Positions 1-9,518 of a DNA stretch of 63,697 nucleotides are shown here, piece by piece. The notes under the pieces were generated by a model that saw only the letters and a program-made list of their open reading frames with translations, ran no database searches and was not told the origin of the DNA. The DNA lies in UHGV virus genome UHGV-1375174. One strand, 5' to 3'. Source of the DNA: a virus. The position numbers were made by a program, and so were the translations under genes. Within the stretch, counting starts at the first letter, position 1. Each line of letters opens with the position of its first letter.

Positions 1-136
1 CTTTTTTTTTGCTTGTCCGTGTGGCTCATTATTCCGGCTCTCACCTACTCTATAGAGTGCCGTAGCACTCGCAAGCAACGCATACCAAAGGCATGTAACG
101 GCGGCCTATTTCTGGTAACTGGACAAGACTATAGCT

Positions 137-176
137 CTTGACAAAGACGCTATGCACTTGTGAAAGAACACGTTCA
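137..176 (+). promoter_or_regulatory. Candidate promoter: cTTGACAa at 137-144, with a weak -10 (TGAAAG) 17 bp downstream
   Basis: Recurrent CTTGACAA motif in an intergenic region. The -10 is poor, so this is low confidence. It faces the minus-strand promoter at 185-218. Confidence 0.3.
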
Positions 177-184
177 TCGTTGAA

Positions 185-218
185 ATGGACTCTACACGGC
201 TTATGTGGCCTTGTCAAG
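185..218 (-). promoter_or_regulatory. Sigma70-like promoter on the minus strand: TTGACA-17 bp-TAGAGT
   Basis: The reverse complement of 211-218 (ttgtcaag) gives TTGACA. There is a 17-bp spacer, then TAGAGT, the reverse complement of actcta at 189-194. Confidence 0.4.
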
Positions 219-589
219 CACTTTTTCAACACTTTCTAAAAGAACATATCAATGGGGAGCTGTGCCCCGCTGATGCCTCTTATATAGCAAGGCGTGTGCC
301 AAACTGTAAGTAGTTGAAATCATTGAATATTGGTTATCCTATAAGTTCAACTTTTTGTACAACGAATGCTACGCATTCTCGCGCCGGGCAAGTGTTTATG
401 GAGCTTATGGCCCCATGCTGTGCATGGTTCTATAAGTACTATAGGTACTTAGGACATGGTTCAAATATTGGTACGTTTGGCACGCATGAGTACAATAAGT
501 TGAACTTATGTGTAAACATGTGTAATTATTCAACCTTTTGACCATGCTAACCATAAGTAGTTGTTTTAGTTAGCTTTTGGTTACGTTTG

Positions 590-660
590 GATACTATTAG
601 TTGCTATTGATAACTATTAGCATCTATTTAATGCTATTGATTACCATTGCTGGCAGGTTC
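590..660. repeat. Short direct repeats (GCTATTGA x2, CTATTAG x2) in a 1.5-kb noncoding leader
   Basis: gctattga occurs at 603-610 and 633-640. ctattag occurs at 594-600 and 615-621. No credible ORF lies in 1-1500. Confidence 0.4.
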
Positions 661-1083
661 TGGTGCTTTAATCCTACCTACAAGCTAGGCTATGAGCCAG
701 TGCTAAGCATACCTAACCTACTGTAATCATTGTATTTTTAGCTGTCCATAACCATCCAACAGCTACTAGGAGTAGCACTAAAAACCTTAGGAGTCACATT
801 GTGCTTTCTTTCACAAGGGGGAGGGGTACCATCCCTACCCGTGGGACAGAGCGGAGGCACGGGGGTACAGATGACACAGACATCACACGTAACTTTTTAC
901 CAGCTGAATGACTGCATCATAATCATTCTTTAGTATACGTATAGTACACATATATACTAACACAAGGCAGGTACTATGTCTTCATACCTACCCCTATCTA
1001 TTGGCATACGTAACCAACAGTAGTCAGGAGTAGTTACTAGCCACCGGCCCGGCCTCCCCTTGAGCATCGGAGATGTGACCACG

Positions 1084-1103
1084 AAGTGAAGATGCGATAG
1101 AGT
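1084..1103. repeat. Copy 1 of a 20-nt direct repeat, gaagtgaag(a/g)tgcgata(g/a)ag
   Basis: Matches 1491-1510 at 18 of 20 positions. The two copies flank the promoter/terminator-bounded noncoding unit. Confidence 0.5.
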
Positions 1104-1145
1104 GAAACTTTCTTTAACTTTTTTAAACTTTCTTCTCTCAAACCC

Positions 1146-1175
1146 CTTGACAAACAGCAAAAGAATGATTATACT
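1146..1175 (+). promoter_or_regulatory. Strong sigma70-like promoter: TTGACA (1147-1152), 17-bp spacer, TATACT (1170-1175)
   Basis: Consensus -35 hexamer, a 17-bp spacer and a near-consensus -10. No ORF longer than 20 aa lies between it and the hairpin at 1411-1472. Confidence 0.55.
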
Positions 1176-1410
1176 ATCTGTATCTTTTTGATTTGCTTAG
1201 GTTGGTTGATAGGTTAGATAAGCCGGTTGGATAGGTGAACGTAGCCGGAAGGATAAGGAAAGGAAAGACCCGATGGGGTACAACCTTCTTTCAACTTGGT
1301 ATCTCTCTGACATATTAGAAGAAAGCACAGCTTAGTTGTGAAATAGAGCCGAGCGCCGCCTGTTGCTAAGAACTAAGTCTGATTAACTAAGAAGTTCTGA
1401 CCATAAAGAA

Positions 1411-1472
1411 AGCCCCCGTACTACACTTGACCATGCTTTGCATAGTGCTTGTTGTAGCCGGGGGCTTCTTGC
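1411..1472. terminator. Bidirectional intrinsic terminator hairpin (AGCCCCCG...CGGGGGCT) with U-runs on both sides
   Basis: The 8-bp GC stem at 1411-1418 pairs with 1458-1466. ttcttg follows on the plus strand and aaagaaa precedes it, which gives a T-run on the minus strand. It sits about 40 nt downstream of the minus-strand gene 1512-2402. Confidence 0.55.
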
Positions 1473-1490
1473 GTCTAAGAGCACCGTAAT

Positions 1491-1510
1491 GAAGTGAAGG
1501 TGCGATAAAG
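1491..1510. repeat. Copy 2 of the 20-nt direct repeat
   Basis: gaagtgaaggtgcgataaag, compared with 1084-1103. Confidence 0.5.
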
Positions 1511-1511
1511 G

Positions 1512-2402
1512 TTAGTCTTCTTTCTTGTCTATAGCTAGTTGTCTTGGTTTACTTAGAAGATGTTTACTTGCTTCTTCTTTAGTCATCTTACCAAACATGA
1601 CATCGTACTTGACCTTGTTACTTGTAAAGTATTTACTTGACACACAGTTAAGGGGTACCTTGATCAGTTCATCTGTATAAGCTGCTTTGACGTAAGGTGG
1701 TGTCTCAAAGCCAAGGTGAACTGTGTTCATGTGCTCACGTTCTGTACCAAAAGGTTCTATGATATTACTCTGTGCCATCTCTATGTACTCGTCTGTGTAG
1801 CCTGTATACTCAAACGTCTTATCAAAGACTTGTTGCATATACAAAGCACCTCTACGCCAGTGTCTTGCATAGTAGTACGGATGGTTAGTTGCAGACACTT
1901 TCCATGTAAACCATGTACGTTCATGTCCGGGGAAGAAGTCAGGTGTTCGAGGTACAACTACAGCTTTAAGCTGAGGATACTCTCTAAAGACAAAATACCT
2001 CTTCTTAGGTGCACGGGACACACGCTTAGACACACCAAAGCAGTCACGTGTTACTTGTGTTAAGGGTCTGCTATACGTCTTCTCTTCAACAGTGATGACT
2101 GCAAAGTCTTTAAGGTCGATACCTCCTCTGTTCTTTAAACCGTTAGACAAACACCAGATCATGACGTTAACCATTCTGCTTACTTCACTTTCTGGCAGGT
2201 AGTTAAAGAAGATGTTCAGATCATTAACAAGGTCACCCTTTGTGTACAGACCTCTGTCCCACTGTCCTTCTACTTCACACTCTGACAAACCTACCTGACA
2301 CCTACAGTTAGGAATCTTATAAGGTTCAGGTGTGTCTTCATTCAGTATAGGATTCCTCCGCCACTTTAATTTCCTACGGTCTTTTTCTAGCAGTATCGAC
2401 AT
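1512..2402 (-). CDS. Hypothetical protein (296 aa)
   Basis: Long ORF driven by a well-formed TTGACA-17-TATAGT promoter at 2495-2524. No motif I recognise. Confidence 0.5.
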   Translation of the reverse strand: MSILLEKDRRKLKWRRNPILNEDTPEPYKIPNCRCQVGLSECEVEGQWDRGLYTKGDLVNDLNIFFNYLPESEVSRMVNVMIWCLSNGLKNRGGIDLKDFAVITVEEKTYSRPLTQVTRDCFGVSKRVSRAPKKRYFVFREYPQLKAVVVPRTPDFFPGHERTWFTWKVSATNHPYYYARHWRRGALYMQQVFDKTFEYTGYTDEYIEMAQSNIIEPFGTEREHMNTVHLGFETPPYVKAAYTDELIKVPLNCVSSKYFTSNKVKYDVMFGKMTKEEASKHLLSKPRQLAIDKKED

Positions 2403-2438
2403 TTTATTTCACTTTTTATATATTTTTTACTATAACCC

Positions 2439-2468
2439 CTTGACAAAATATATATAGTTATTATACTA
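2439..2468 (+). promoter_or_regulatory. Sigma70-like promoter: cTTGACAa, 16-bp spacer, TATACT. It drives the plus-strand block
   Basis: ttgaca is at 2440-2445 and tatact at 2462-2467. It lies upstream of the ORF at 2545 and is divergent from the promoter at 2495-2524. Confidence 0.5.
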
Positions 2469-2494
2469 TATAATAGGTTATAGTATACATAAAT

Positions 2495-2524
2495 ACTATA
2501 ATCACTAATTGACTTCTTGTCAAG
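2495..2524 (-). promoter_or_regulatory. Sigma70-like promoter on the minus strand: TTGACA-17 bp-TATAGT, driving 1512-2402
   Basis: The reverse complement of 2518-2523 is TTGACA. After a 17-bp spacer comes TATAGT, the reverse complement of 2495-2500. Confidence 0.5.
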
Positions 2525-2544
2525 AGGTATAAAAAGAAAAAGTT

Positions 2545-3267
2545 ATGGATAGTCAAATTTTACTAGGGATCGTTAACGGTCTGTCAAGCTTAGTGAAAGA
2601 CGCTGACTATATATCACTTGCGATGCTGGGAGGAACTGCATTCATTATCTATGAATGTGCAACTTTATCGTCTTTTTTAAAACGTGTAGCTAAACACAAG
2701 ACGAAAAAGTTTGCAAAGGATTTTCCATCACTCATTGATATGAATAGGCGTGTTCTTACCAAGCTTAGACATGCTAAGTCTGAATTAAATGCAGACAGAG
2801 TTGCAGTTGTTCAGTTTCATAACGGGTGTCAGAACCTGTCTGGTATTGACTTTGCAAAGATGTCCTGCACACACGAAGCTGTTCGTCCCGGACTTAAACC
2901 GGCACAAGCTGATTTCTTAAATCTGCCTGTGTCTGCTTTCTCATATCTTACTAACGCTGCTTTTGGTATAGAGCCTAAAGTAATCATGAACATTGAACGT
3001 CTGCGTAAGTTTGATATGTCTACATATACACTGCTGAAGTCACACAAGGCCGTGTCCTTTGCTCTTACTCCTCTTGTGTCTGATGATCAAGATGTCTTTG
3101 GTTTCATTATCGTAGAGTTCTGTAAGATCCGTGAAGACATTACTTCTGGTGACTTCCAATTCCTTTTAAAGACATATGCAGAGAAGATAGCTACCCTGCT
3201 TGACCGCTCTGACTTAGGTGACCTTGATGAAGAAAGACTCTTTAAAGCCCCTTCTGAAGAAGCCTAG
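2545..3267 (+). CDS. Hypothetical protein (240 aa) with a hydrophobic N-terminal segment
   Basis: First ORF of the plus-strand block. The AAAGAAAAAG run sits 5 nt upstream of the ATG. Confidence 0.45.
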   Translation: MDSQILLGIVNGLSSLVKDADYISLAMLGGTAFIIYECATLSSFLKRVAKHKTKKFAKDFPSLIDMNRRVLTKLRHAKSELNADRVAVVQFHNGCQNLSGIDFAKMSCTHEAVRPGLKPAQADFLNLPVSAFSYLTNAAFGIEPKVIMNIERLRKFDMSTYTLLKSHKAVSFALTPLVSDDQDVFGFIIVEFCKIREDITSGDFQFLLKTYAEKIATLLDRSDLGDLDEERLFKAPSEEA

Positions 3268-3568
3268 TCCTTCTGTAGTTGTTCCTGACGGTAAGGGATG
3301 TACCAAGGGAGACGAACTTCTTCGTCGTCTTCGCTTTGAATTTGGGTACGATCCTATCAAGGAACTTGTGCATTTGGCTAGGTCTGCTAAGACCAACAGC
3401 ACAGAGAAGATTAAGATCGCCTCTGAACTGTTGAGCTACTACCAGCCGAAGATGAAAGCTATGGACTTCAATCCGAATGCTGGTGAAGTTATTAACGTTA
3501 ACATCTCTTTCCCTGATGAAGAGACTGCTCCTGCGGGACTCAAGGATCTGGCGAAAGAAACTGCGTAA
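3218..3568 (+). CDS. Putative terminase small subunit (116 aa; the true start may be the internal ATG at 3227)
   Basis: Lies immediately upstream of terL. The C-terminal KIKIASELLSYYQPKMKAMDF resembles the RxKAxELLgKxxGxF tail found in many TerS proteins. It overlaps the upstream ORF by 50 nt. Confidence 0.4.
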   Translation: MTLMKKDSLKPLLKKPSPSVVVPDGKGCTKGDELLRRLRFEFGYDPIKELVHLARSAKTNSTEKIKIASELLSYYQPKMKAMDFNPNAGEVINVNISFPDEETAPAGLKDLAKETA

Positions 3569-3576
3569 GGACTGTT

Positions 3577-4992
3577 ATGGATATTGATTATCAAGTCCTG
3601 CCCACGTTTGCAAAGATTCATCGTGACCCAAATCCTTTTCTGTTTGTGATGGGGCCAGTAGGATCTGGCAAGTCCTCTGGTTGTATCTTTCAAGCGTTCT
3701 TTAATGCTATGCGTCAGAAACCAGACGAACATGGAGTCAGGCACAGCAGACACCTTGTTGTCCGCGCAACGTACCCTGCCCTAAAGTCAACCACCATTAA
3801 AACGTGGTTGTCATGGTTTAAAGACAAGATCACTATTACTTATTCTACCCCCATCATCGGCAGGATAAAGTATCCTTTAGCTGATGGTACGACCGTTGAT
3901 ATGGAAGTCGTATTCATCGCTGTCGATGATGATAGATCTGCTGAAAAGCTTCGTTCGTTGGAAGTGACCTCTGCTCATTTGAACGAAGCATCTGAACTTA
4001 CAGAAGGTACCTTTCAGCTTATCAAGACACGCTTTAAGCGTTATCCTGCTAAGAAAGATGGCGGCCCAGTCAGACCATTCATTATACTTGACTACAACGC
4101 CGTAAGTACTGAGCACTGGTTATATCGCCTTGCAGAGGAAGACAAACCAGAAGGACATAGTTTCTATCGTCAACCTCCAGCTATGCTTAAAGTAGATGGG
4201 AAGTATGTTCTTAATCCTGAAGCAGAGAACCTTGCTAACCTTGATGAAGGTTACTATGAAACCATGTGTATGGGCGCAGACGAAGACTTTATCAACGTCA
4301 ACGTGCTTAACAACTATGGTGAAGTAAAACGAGGTAAACCTGTTTATAAGGATTACAGTGATCTTGAGCACCATGTTGATGAAGAGATGGTTCCTCTTCG
4401 TGGTGTGCCTGTTGTAATTGGGATGGATCAAGGGTTGACTCCTTCTGCTGCTTTCACACAGCAAGCCCCTGATGGTACAGTTATTGTGTTTGATGAGATC
4501 TGCACAGACAACTGTTCTCTCAAAGAGTTTTGTGAAGAACATCTTTGGCCTAAGATCACATCTAAGTATCCTTGGATTGTAAATAACTTTAGAGTTGTGT
4601 GTGACCCTGCTACTTCACAGCGGTCAATGAACGATGCTAAGTCTGGCATGGAGATACTGAAAGAATGTAATCTTCCTGCTAAGCTAGCTAAGACAAACAA
4701 CTGGACTCCTCGATTTGAAGCCGTTGCACAGTTCCTTCGGTTAAAGGGCAGATTCAAGCTTGGGCCTCAATGTATAGCCTTAAGAAAAGGCTTCGTATCA
4801 GAATATAAATATGCTGAATCTAAGACTGTTAACGGTGTTCTCTACAAAGCATCTCCTGTCAAGAACGAGTTCTCTCACGTTCATGACGCCTTGCAGTACG
4901 CAATGATGGAGTATGTGCATAAGCGGGAGAAGAAGTTTTTGTTTAACACACAACGTAAATATCGTGCTGCTAGCCAGATTGGAGGCTACTAA
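3577..4992 (+). CDS. terL: Terminase large subunit
   Basis: Walker A MGPVGSGKSS. The C-terminal RNase H-like nuclease motifs VVIGMDQG...VIVFDEI are present. The protein is 471 aa. Confidence 0.85.
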   Translation: MDIDYQVLPTFAKIHRDPNPFLFVMGPVGSGKSSGCIFQAFFNAMRQKPDEHGVRHSRHLVVRATYPALKSTTIKTWLSWFKDKITITYSTPIIGRIKYPLADGTTVDMEVVFIAVDDDRSAEKLRSLEVTSAHLNEASELTEGTFQLIKTRFKRYPAKKDGGPVRPFIILDYNAVSTEHWLYRLAEEDKPEGHSFYRQPPAMLKVDGKYVLNPEAENLANLDEGYYETMCMGADEDFINVNVLNNYGEVKRGKPVYKDYSDLEHHVDEEMVPLRGVPVVIGMDQGLTPSAAFTQQAPDGTVIVFDEICTDNCSLKEFCEEHLWPKITSKYPWIVNNFRVVCDPATSQRSMNDAKSGMEILKECNLPAKLAKTNNWTPRFEAVAQFLRLKGRFKLGPQCIALRKGFVSEYKYAESKTVNGVLYKASPVKNEFSHVHDALQYAMMEYVHKREKKFLFNTQRKYRAASQIGGY

Positions 4993-4997
4993 AAATC

Positions 4998-7085
4998 ATG
5001 ACTGAAAAAGATTTTTTCGGTTCTGGAACTGTAATCGACTCTGCCGAAGACAAAGATGTACAGGACTTTCTCTCGGAAGTTTCTGACAAGATGCAGGTAG
5101 ATGAAGATTCCGGTGCAGAAGATACCGAAGGCGCGTCTGAAACGCCCCAAGGTCTGGCTGCATTTGTTCGTGAAGCGTTTGACAGATCGGACAGTGCACG
5201 TAAGACTATTGAAGAGAAGTGGTTGAACGCCCTTCGTCAGTACAAAGGTATCTACTCTCCTGAAGTTCTTGAACGTATGGATCCTCTACGTAGTAAAGCT
5301 TTTGTTCGTATGACAAGAACTAAGGTCAAGACTGTTGACAGTCGTTTGTCTGACCTGCTGTTCCCTGCGAACGGAGAGAAGAACTGGGGCATTGAGCCTA
5401 CGCCACTGCCGCAGTTCAGCAAGAAGAAAGAAGCTGCTATCCTTGAAGTTGTTTCTCAGGATCAAGGTAAGCAGATTAGCCCTGAAGAACTCTATGTTCT
5501 TATGCAGGATGAAGCTAAGAATCAAGCTGGCAAGATGTCTAAGGTTATCGAAGACCAGCTTGCTGAGTTGAAGTATCGTGAGATTATGCGAGATGTTATG
5601 CATTCTGGTAATCTGTATGGTACTGGTATTCTTAAAGGGCCTCTTGTTTCTATCTCTGAAAACCGTCAGTACTATAAGAAGGAAAAGAATGGAGACAAAG
5701 AGAAGTGGATACTCTGTGATTATGACTCCATCACACCCTTCATCGAAAACGTCCGCATATGGGATATCTACCCGGACATGGAAGCTACTTGCCCCTCCGA
5801 ATGTAGATACATCATTCAACGACGGAAGATGGATAAGCACGATGTCATCGGTCTCGGAAAGAGATCAGACTTCAATGGAGATGTAATCTCTACTTATGTT
5901 GCTGAGAATCCTGAAGGTGATTATCAGAAGAAAGACTTTGAGAACCAACTTACCTCTATGGGTGATGTAATTGACAGCGGTGTTGCTGACGCTGCTCATT
6001 CTAAGAAGTATGAAGTGTTTGAGTTCTGGGGTTTTGTGGACGCTGATGATCTGAATCAGGTGGGTGTTGAGATCCCTGAACGTATGCAAGGTCAGGTAGA
6101 ACTGGCTGCAAACATTTGGGTACTTGGTAACCACGTTATTAAAGCGTCTCTCATGCCTATGGAAGGCGTTAAGTGGCCTTACTTCTTTTACTATTATGAC
6201 AAAGACGAAACCTCCATCTTTGGTGAAGGTATTCCGTCTATCATGTCTGATGTTCAGGAGTTGATTAACAGTGCGTTCAGAGCTATGCTGGACAACGCTG
6301 CTATCTCTGCTGGCCCTCAGATTGAAGTAAACCTTGACCTTATGTCGGAAGACGAAGATCCTCGTGATGTCTATCCGTTTAAGGTGTGGATGCGTACAGG
6401 TGAAGGAGCTGATGCTGCTAATCCTGCTATCCGTGTCTTCCAGCTTCCCAGTTATACTACTGAATTTGAACGGATGATTGAACTCTTCCGCAGCTATGGG
6501 GATGAAGTTACTTCTATTCCTCGTCAGATGTGGGGAGAACCTTCTGGTGCTGCTGGTCGTACTGCTTCTGGCCTGTCTATGTTGATGGGTTCTGCAAACA
6601 TTACGATTAAAGATCAGGTTAAGAACTTTGATGATGGCATCACTAAGCCGTTTATCTCTGCTATGTATCACTGGAACATGAAGTTCAATAGTGACTCTGA
6701 CATTAAGGGTGACTATGCTGTTCAAGCTCGTGGTACTTCGTCTCTTATCGCTAAGGAAATCAGAGCACAGAGTCTGATTAACTTTGCACAGATCACTAAC
6801 AATCAGGTTGATCTTGGTACTGTTAAGCGTCCGAACATTATTCGTTCGATTGCTGATGCCCTTGATCTTTCTGATGATAACTTGGTGTACTCTGATAAGG
6901 AGATTGAAGTTCAGAAGCAGCAAGAACAGAAGCAAGCTCAGGAAGAACGTCAGTGGATGACCGACATGGTTGAGACTGCACGATCTGAAGGTGTTAGCCC
7001 TGCGGCTTTGATTGACAGTTTGAGACAGCTTCGTGAAGATATGTCTCTGATTAGTCAGCCTGAACAAGCGTATCCTCAGAGTTAA
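4998..7085 (+). CDS. Portal protein (695 aa)
   Basis: Size and position directly after terL and before the scaffold and capsid genes. It has an acidic N-terminus and a Gln/Glu-rich C-terminal coil. Confidence 0.6.
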   Translation: MTEKDFFGSGTVIDSAEDKDVQDFLSEVSDKMQVDEDSGAEDTEGASETPQGLAAFVREAFDRSDSARKTIEEKWLNALRQYKGIYSPEVLERMDPLRSKAFVRMTRTKVKTVDSRLSDLLFPANGEKNWGIEPTPLPQFSKKKEAAILEVVSQDQGKQISPEELYVLMQDEAKNQAGKMSKVIEDQLAELKYREIMRDVMHSGNLYGTGILKGPLVSISENRQYYKKEKNGDKEKWILCDYDSITPFIENVRIWDIYPDMEATCPSECRYIIQRRKMDKHDVIGLGKRSDFNGDVISTYVAENPEGDYQKKDFENQLTSMGDVIDSGVADAAHSKKYEVFEFWGFVDADDLNQVGVEIPERMQGQVELAANIWVLGNHVIKASLMPMEGVKWPYFFYYYDKDETSIFGEGIPSIMSDVQELINSAFRAMLDNAAISAGPQIEVNLDLMSEDEDPRDVYPFKVWMRTGEGADAANPAIRVFQLPSYTTEFERMIELFRSYGDEVTSIPRQMWGEPSGAAGRTASGLSMLMGSANITIKDQVKNFDDGITKPFISAMYHWNMKFNSDSDIKGDYAVQARGTSSLIAKEIRAQSLINFAQITNNQVDLGTVKRPNIIRSIADALDLSDDNLVYSDKEIEVQKQQEQKQAQEERQWMTDMVETARSEGVSPAALIDSLRQLREDMSLISQPEQAYPQS

Positions 7086-7086
7086 T

Positions 7087-7350
7087 ATGATTGATACACC
7101 ACTTAACGGTAGGCGTGTGAGCTTGGAGAAATCCTTCAGGCTCACGGCCAACGCCGATCTACAAAAAAATATAGTTGCTTACCTGAAGGTTCTTAGAAGC
7201 CAACGGTATAGTAAGTTACTAAGTCCTGATAATACAGATAACGTAGACCGACTTATCGGTGAACTACGTATGGTACAAAAGCTCTTGGATGTACTGGAAC
7301 TTGGGAGCGAGCCCCTTTCGGATAACTTGCTCATGAGCCAAGCCAGTTAG
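7087..7350 (+). CDS. Small hypothetical protein (87 aa)
   Basis: ORF tightly coupled to the portal gene (its start overlaps the portal stop). Confidence 0.3.
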   Translation: MIDTPLNGRRVSLEKSFRLTANADLQKNIVAYLKVLRSQRYSKLLSPDNTDNVDRLIGELRMVQKLLDVLELGSEPLSDNLLMSQAS

Positions 7351-7390
7351 GACTTAGGGTATTAACCCTCCCTAACTTAGTTATAAAAAT

Positions 7391-8344
7391 ATGAACGATC
7401 AGAACAACAAAGATTTCAATGAAGCCTTCGACGAACTTGCGAAGTCTTACGAAGATCCCTCTAAGGCAGAGCCTTCGTTTGATGATTTCCTGAGTGAGCC
7501 TGAAGATCCTTCCGAAGAAGAAAACGTCGTGAGCCAGAATGATGACGACGAAGTTCAGCCTGCAGAAGAACTGGAGCAAGAACAAGAAGCTCCTGTTCAG
7601 AATGAACAACAGACCACTGAGCTTCCTCTGAATTATAAAGAGCTTTATGAAAAGGCAAAGCGTGACGCTGAAGCACAGAATACTCTGTGGGCTAGCAGAC
7701 TCACAGACCTGTCTCATAAGTATCAGGAACTCAAAGAAGCGAAGAATGCACCTGCGCAGACTAAGGAAGATCCAGATGAACTTCCTGAAAATGTGAAGGA
7801 ACTCTTTGAGATTCATCCTGAAATTGCTAATGCAGTGAAAACGCTTGTTGACACTAAGGTGTCTGCTGTTAAGAAGAACGTTGAGACTGAGCTTAAGACT
7901 CGGGTTGAACCTATTCAACAGCAGATCTTCCAGTCCGAAGCGGATAAACATTTCAGTACTATCCGTGCTGCCCACCCCGATATTAGTGCGATATTGGATA
8001 GTGGTGATCTCTTTACTTGGATTAACTCTCTGCCTCCTGTGATGCAGAATGGTGCTAAGTATGTGTATCAGTACGGTACAGCACAGGAAGTTATCTCTCT
8101 TCTGGACGACTACAAGTCTGCTCGTGGCGTTAACAAGCCACAGATGACTAGGGTTTCTTCTTCTCGGGTGCAGACAAACCCTGCGTCTGAGACTGAAGAT
8201 ATTGTTAAACAAGTGCTCGCTGCTATGGCAGTTCGTACTGGCAAGGAACCTATTGATATAAGCAATAAGCCTAAAGCCAAGCCTCGTGAGAAGTCTTTTG
8301 ATGAACTTGCTCGTGAGTATGAACGTAGCAGAAGGACGCGCTAA
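7391..8344 (+). CDS. Scaffolding protein (317 aa, highly acidic and predicted helical)
   Basis: Asp/Glu/Gln-rich low-complexity N-terminus (EEENVVSQNDDDEVQPAEELEQEQEAP) and coiled-coil character. It sits between the portal and capsid genes. Confidence 0.5.
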   Translation: MNDQNNKDFNEAFDELAKSYEDPSKAEPSFDDFLSEPEDPSEEENVVSQNDDDEVQPAEELEQEQEAPVQNEQQTTELPLNYKELYEKAKRDAEAQNTLWASRLTDLSHKYQELKEAKNAPAQTKEDPDELPENVKELFEIHPEIANAVKTLVDTKVSAVKKNVETELKTRVEPIQQQIFQSEADKHFSTIRAAHPDISAILDSGDLFTWINSLPPVMQNGAKYVYQYGTAQEVISLLDDYKSARGVNKPQMTRVSSSRVQTNPASETEDIVKQVLAAMAVRTGKEPIDISNKPKAKPREKSFDELAREYERSRRTR

Positions 8345-8374
8345 ACTCGTTTTTGAAATTAGGAATTATATCTA

Positions 8375-9412
8375 ATGGCTACTCCGAATACTATCATGCA
8401 TACTGGTGCTACCAGTTCTTCTCCTGATGGTACTCTTAGCACGATGGCTAATGTCTATGTCGTTGCTAAGATGCTCATCCGTGCTCTTCCTTACCTCGTG
8501 TTTGAAAAGTTTGGTCAGGCTTATCCCCTGCCGACCAAGAGCACGAAGACCGCTAAGTTCCGTCGCTTTGAATCTCTTGATGCCACGCCGAAGGAACTGA
8601 CCGAAGGTGTTACGCCTACTGCTCAGACCTTCTCGGTTACCGACATTGAAGCCACTGTGCATCAGTATGGTAACCTTGTGACCATGACCGACGTTCTGCT
8701 CGATACCAACGACTCCCCTGTTATGGAACAGGTTACGCAGATCGTGGGTGAACAGGCTGCGGAAACTGTTGAAAACATGCGTATCGGTGTTCTGCTCGGT
8801 GGTACCAACGTTGAATATGCGAACGGTACTGCTCGTAATGAAGTGAACACGCCTATCTCTCTGCCCCTGCAGCGTCGCATTACGCGTAAGCTGAAGAACC
8901 AGAAGGCTCGTTTCCTGACCGATAGCATTAAGTCCACGCCTCGCTTCTACACTGAATCCATCTCTCCCTGCTTCGTGGCTGTCTGCCATCCCGATTGTGA
9001 AGCTGACATCCGCTCGATGCCTCACTTCCAAGACGTGAAGGACTACGGCAATACGTCTCCGTGGGAAAATGAAATCGGTGCTGTTGAAGGCGTGCGTTAC
9101 CTCTTCACTACTCTGATGAAGAGCTGGCCGGATGCTGGTGGTACTAAGACGAATGCTGCTGGTGACACGATGGTTTCTACCACCGGTACCAAGGCTGACG
9201 TTTACCCCATCCTCTTCCTTGCGAAGGATGCCTATGGTCTGGTGCCCCTGAAGGGCGCTGAGTCTCTGACTCCGGTGATCATCAATCCTTCTCACACTGA
9301 ATCTGACCCGCTCGCTCAGCGTGCCCACGTTGCTTGGAAGACCATGCAGACCTGCGTGATTCTCAATCAGGCTTGGATGGTTCGCGCTGAAGTTGCTTGT
9401 ACTGCGTACTAA
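8375..9412 (+). CDS. Major capsid protein (345 aa)
   Basis: Position after the scaffold gene. The codon usage is biased (GC higher than the neighbours). A strong hairpin terminator follows immediately. The opposite-strand shadow ORF is Arg/Ser-rich junk. Confidence 0.6.
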   Translation: MATPNTIMHTGATSSSPDGTLSTMANVYVVAKMLIRALPYLVFEKFGQAYPLPTKSTKTAKFRRFESLDATPKELTEGVTPTAQTFSVTDIEATVHQYGNLVTMTDVLLDTNDSPVMEQVTQIVGEQAAETVENMRIGVLLGGTNVEYANGTARNEVNTPISLPLQRRITRKLKNQKARFLTDSIKSTPRFYTESISPCFVAVCHPDCEADIRSMPHFQDVKDYGNTSPWENEIGAVEGVRYLFTTLMKSWPDAGGTKTNAAGDTMVSTTGTKADVYPILFLAKDAYGLVPLKGAESLTPVIINPSHTESDPLAQRAHVAWKTMQTCVILNQAWMVRAEVACTAY

Positions 9413-9426
9413 GCCTTGACCCATAT

Positions 9427-9463
9427 GGGGAGAACAACTACTCTTGGGGTTCTCCCCTTTCTC
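9427..9463 (+). terminator. Intrinsic terminator after the capsid gene: GGGGAGAAC-loop-GTTCTCCCC, then TTT
   Basis: A 9-bp perfect stem (9427-9435 with 9449-9457) followed by a T-run. Confidence 0.6.
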
Positions 9464-9518
9464 GTATCTAGCTCTGCTACACCTAGCTCTACAAACTAAA
9501 TTTTAAGGTATATTCTTT

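Noticed and set aside
314-541. 75-aa plus-strand ORF in the 5' noncoding region
   Set aside because: Cys/Tyr/Phe-rich odd composition. No SD. It lies in a repeat-rich region, so it is likely non-coding.
5865-8212. Long minus-strand ORFs (5865-7151, 7331-8212) antisense to the portal and scaffold genes
   Set aside because: The proteins are Arg/Leu/Ser-rich and low in complexity, which is typical of shadow ORFs. The plus-strand genes have SD sequences, operon context and protein-like composition.
8372-9424. 350-aa minus-strand ORF that exactly mirrors the major capsid gene
   Set aside because: Arg/Ser-rich composition. The plus-strand product is globular, sits in a conserved module position and is followed by a plus-oriented terminator.
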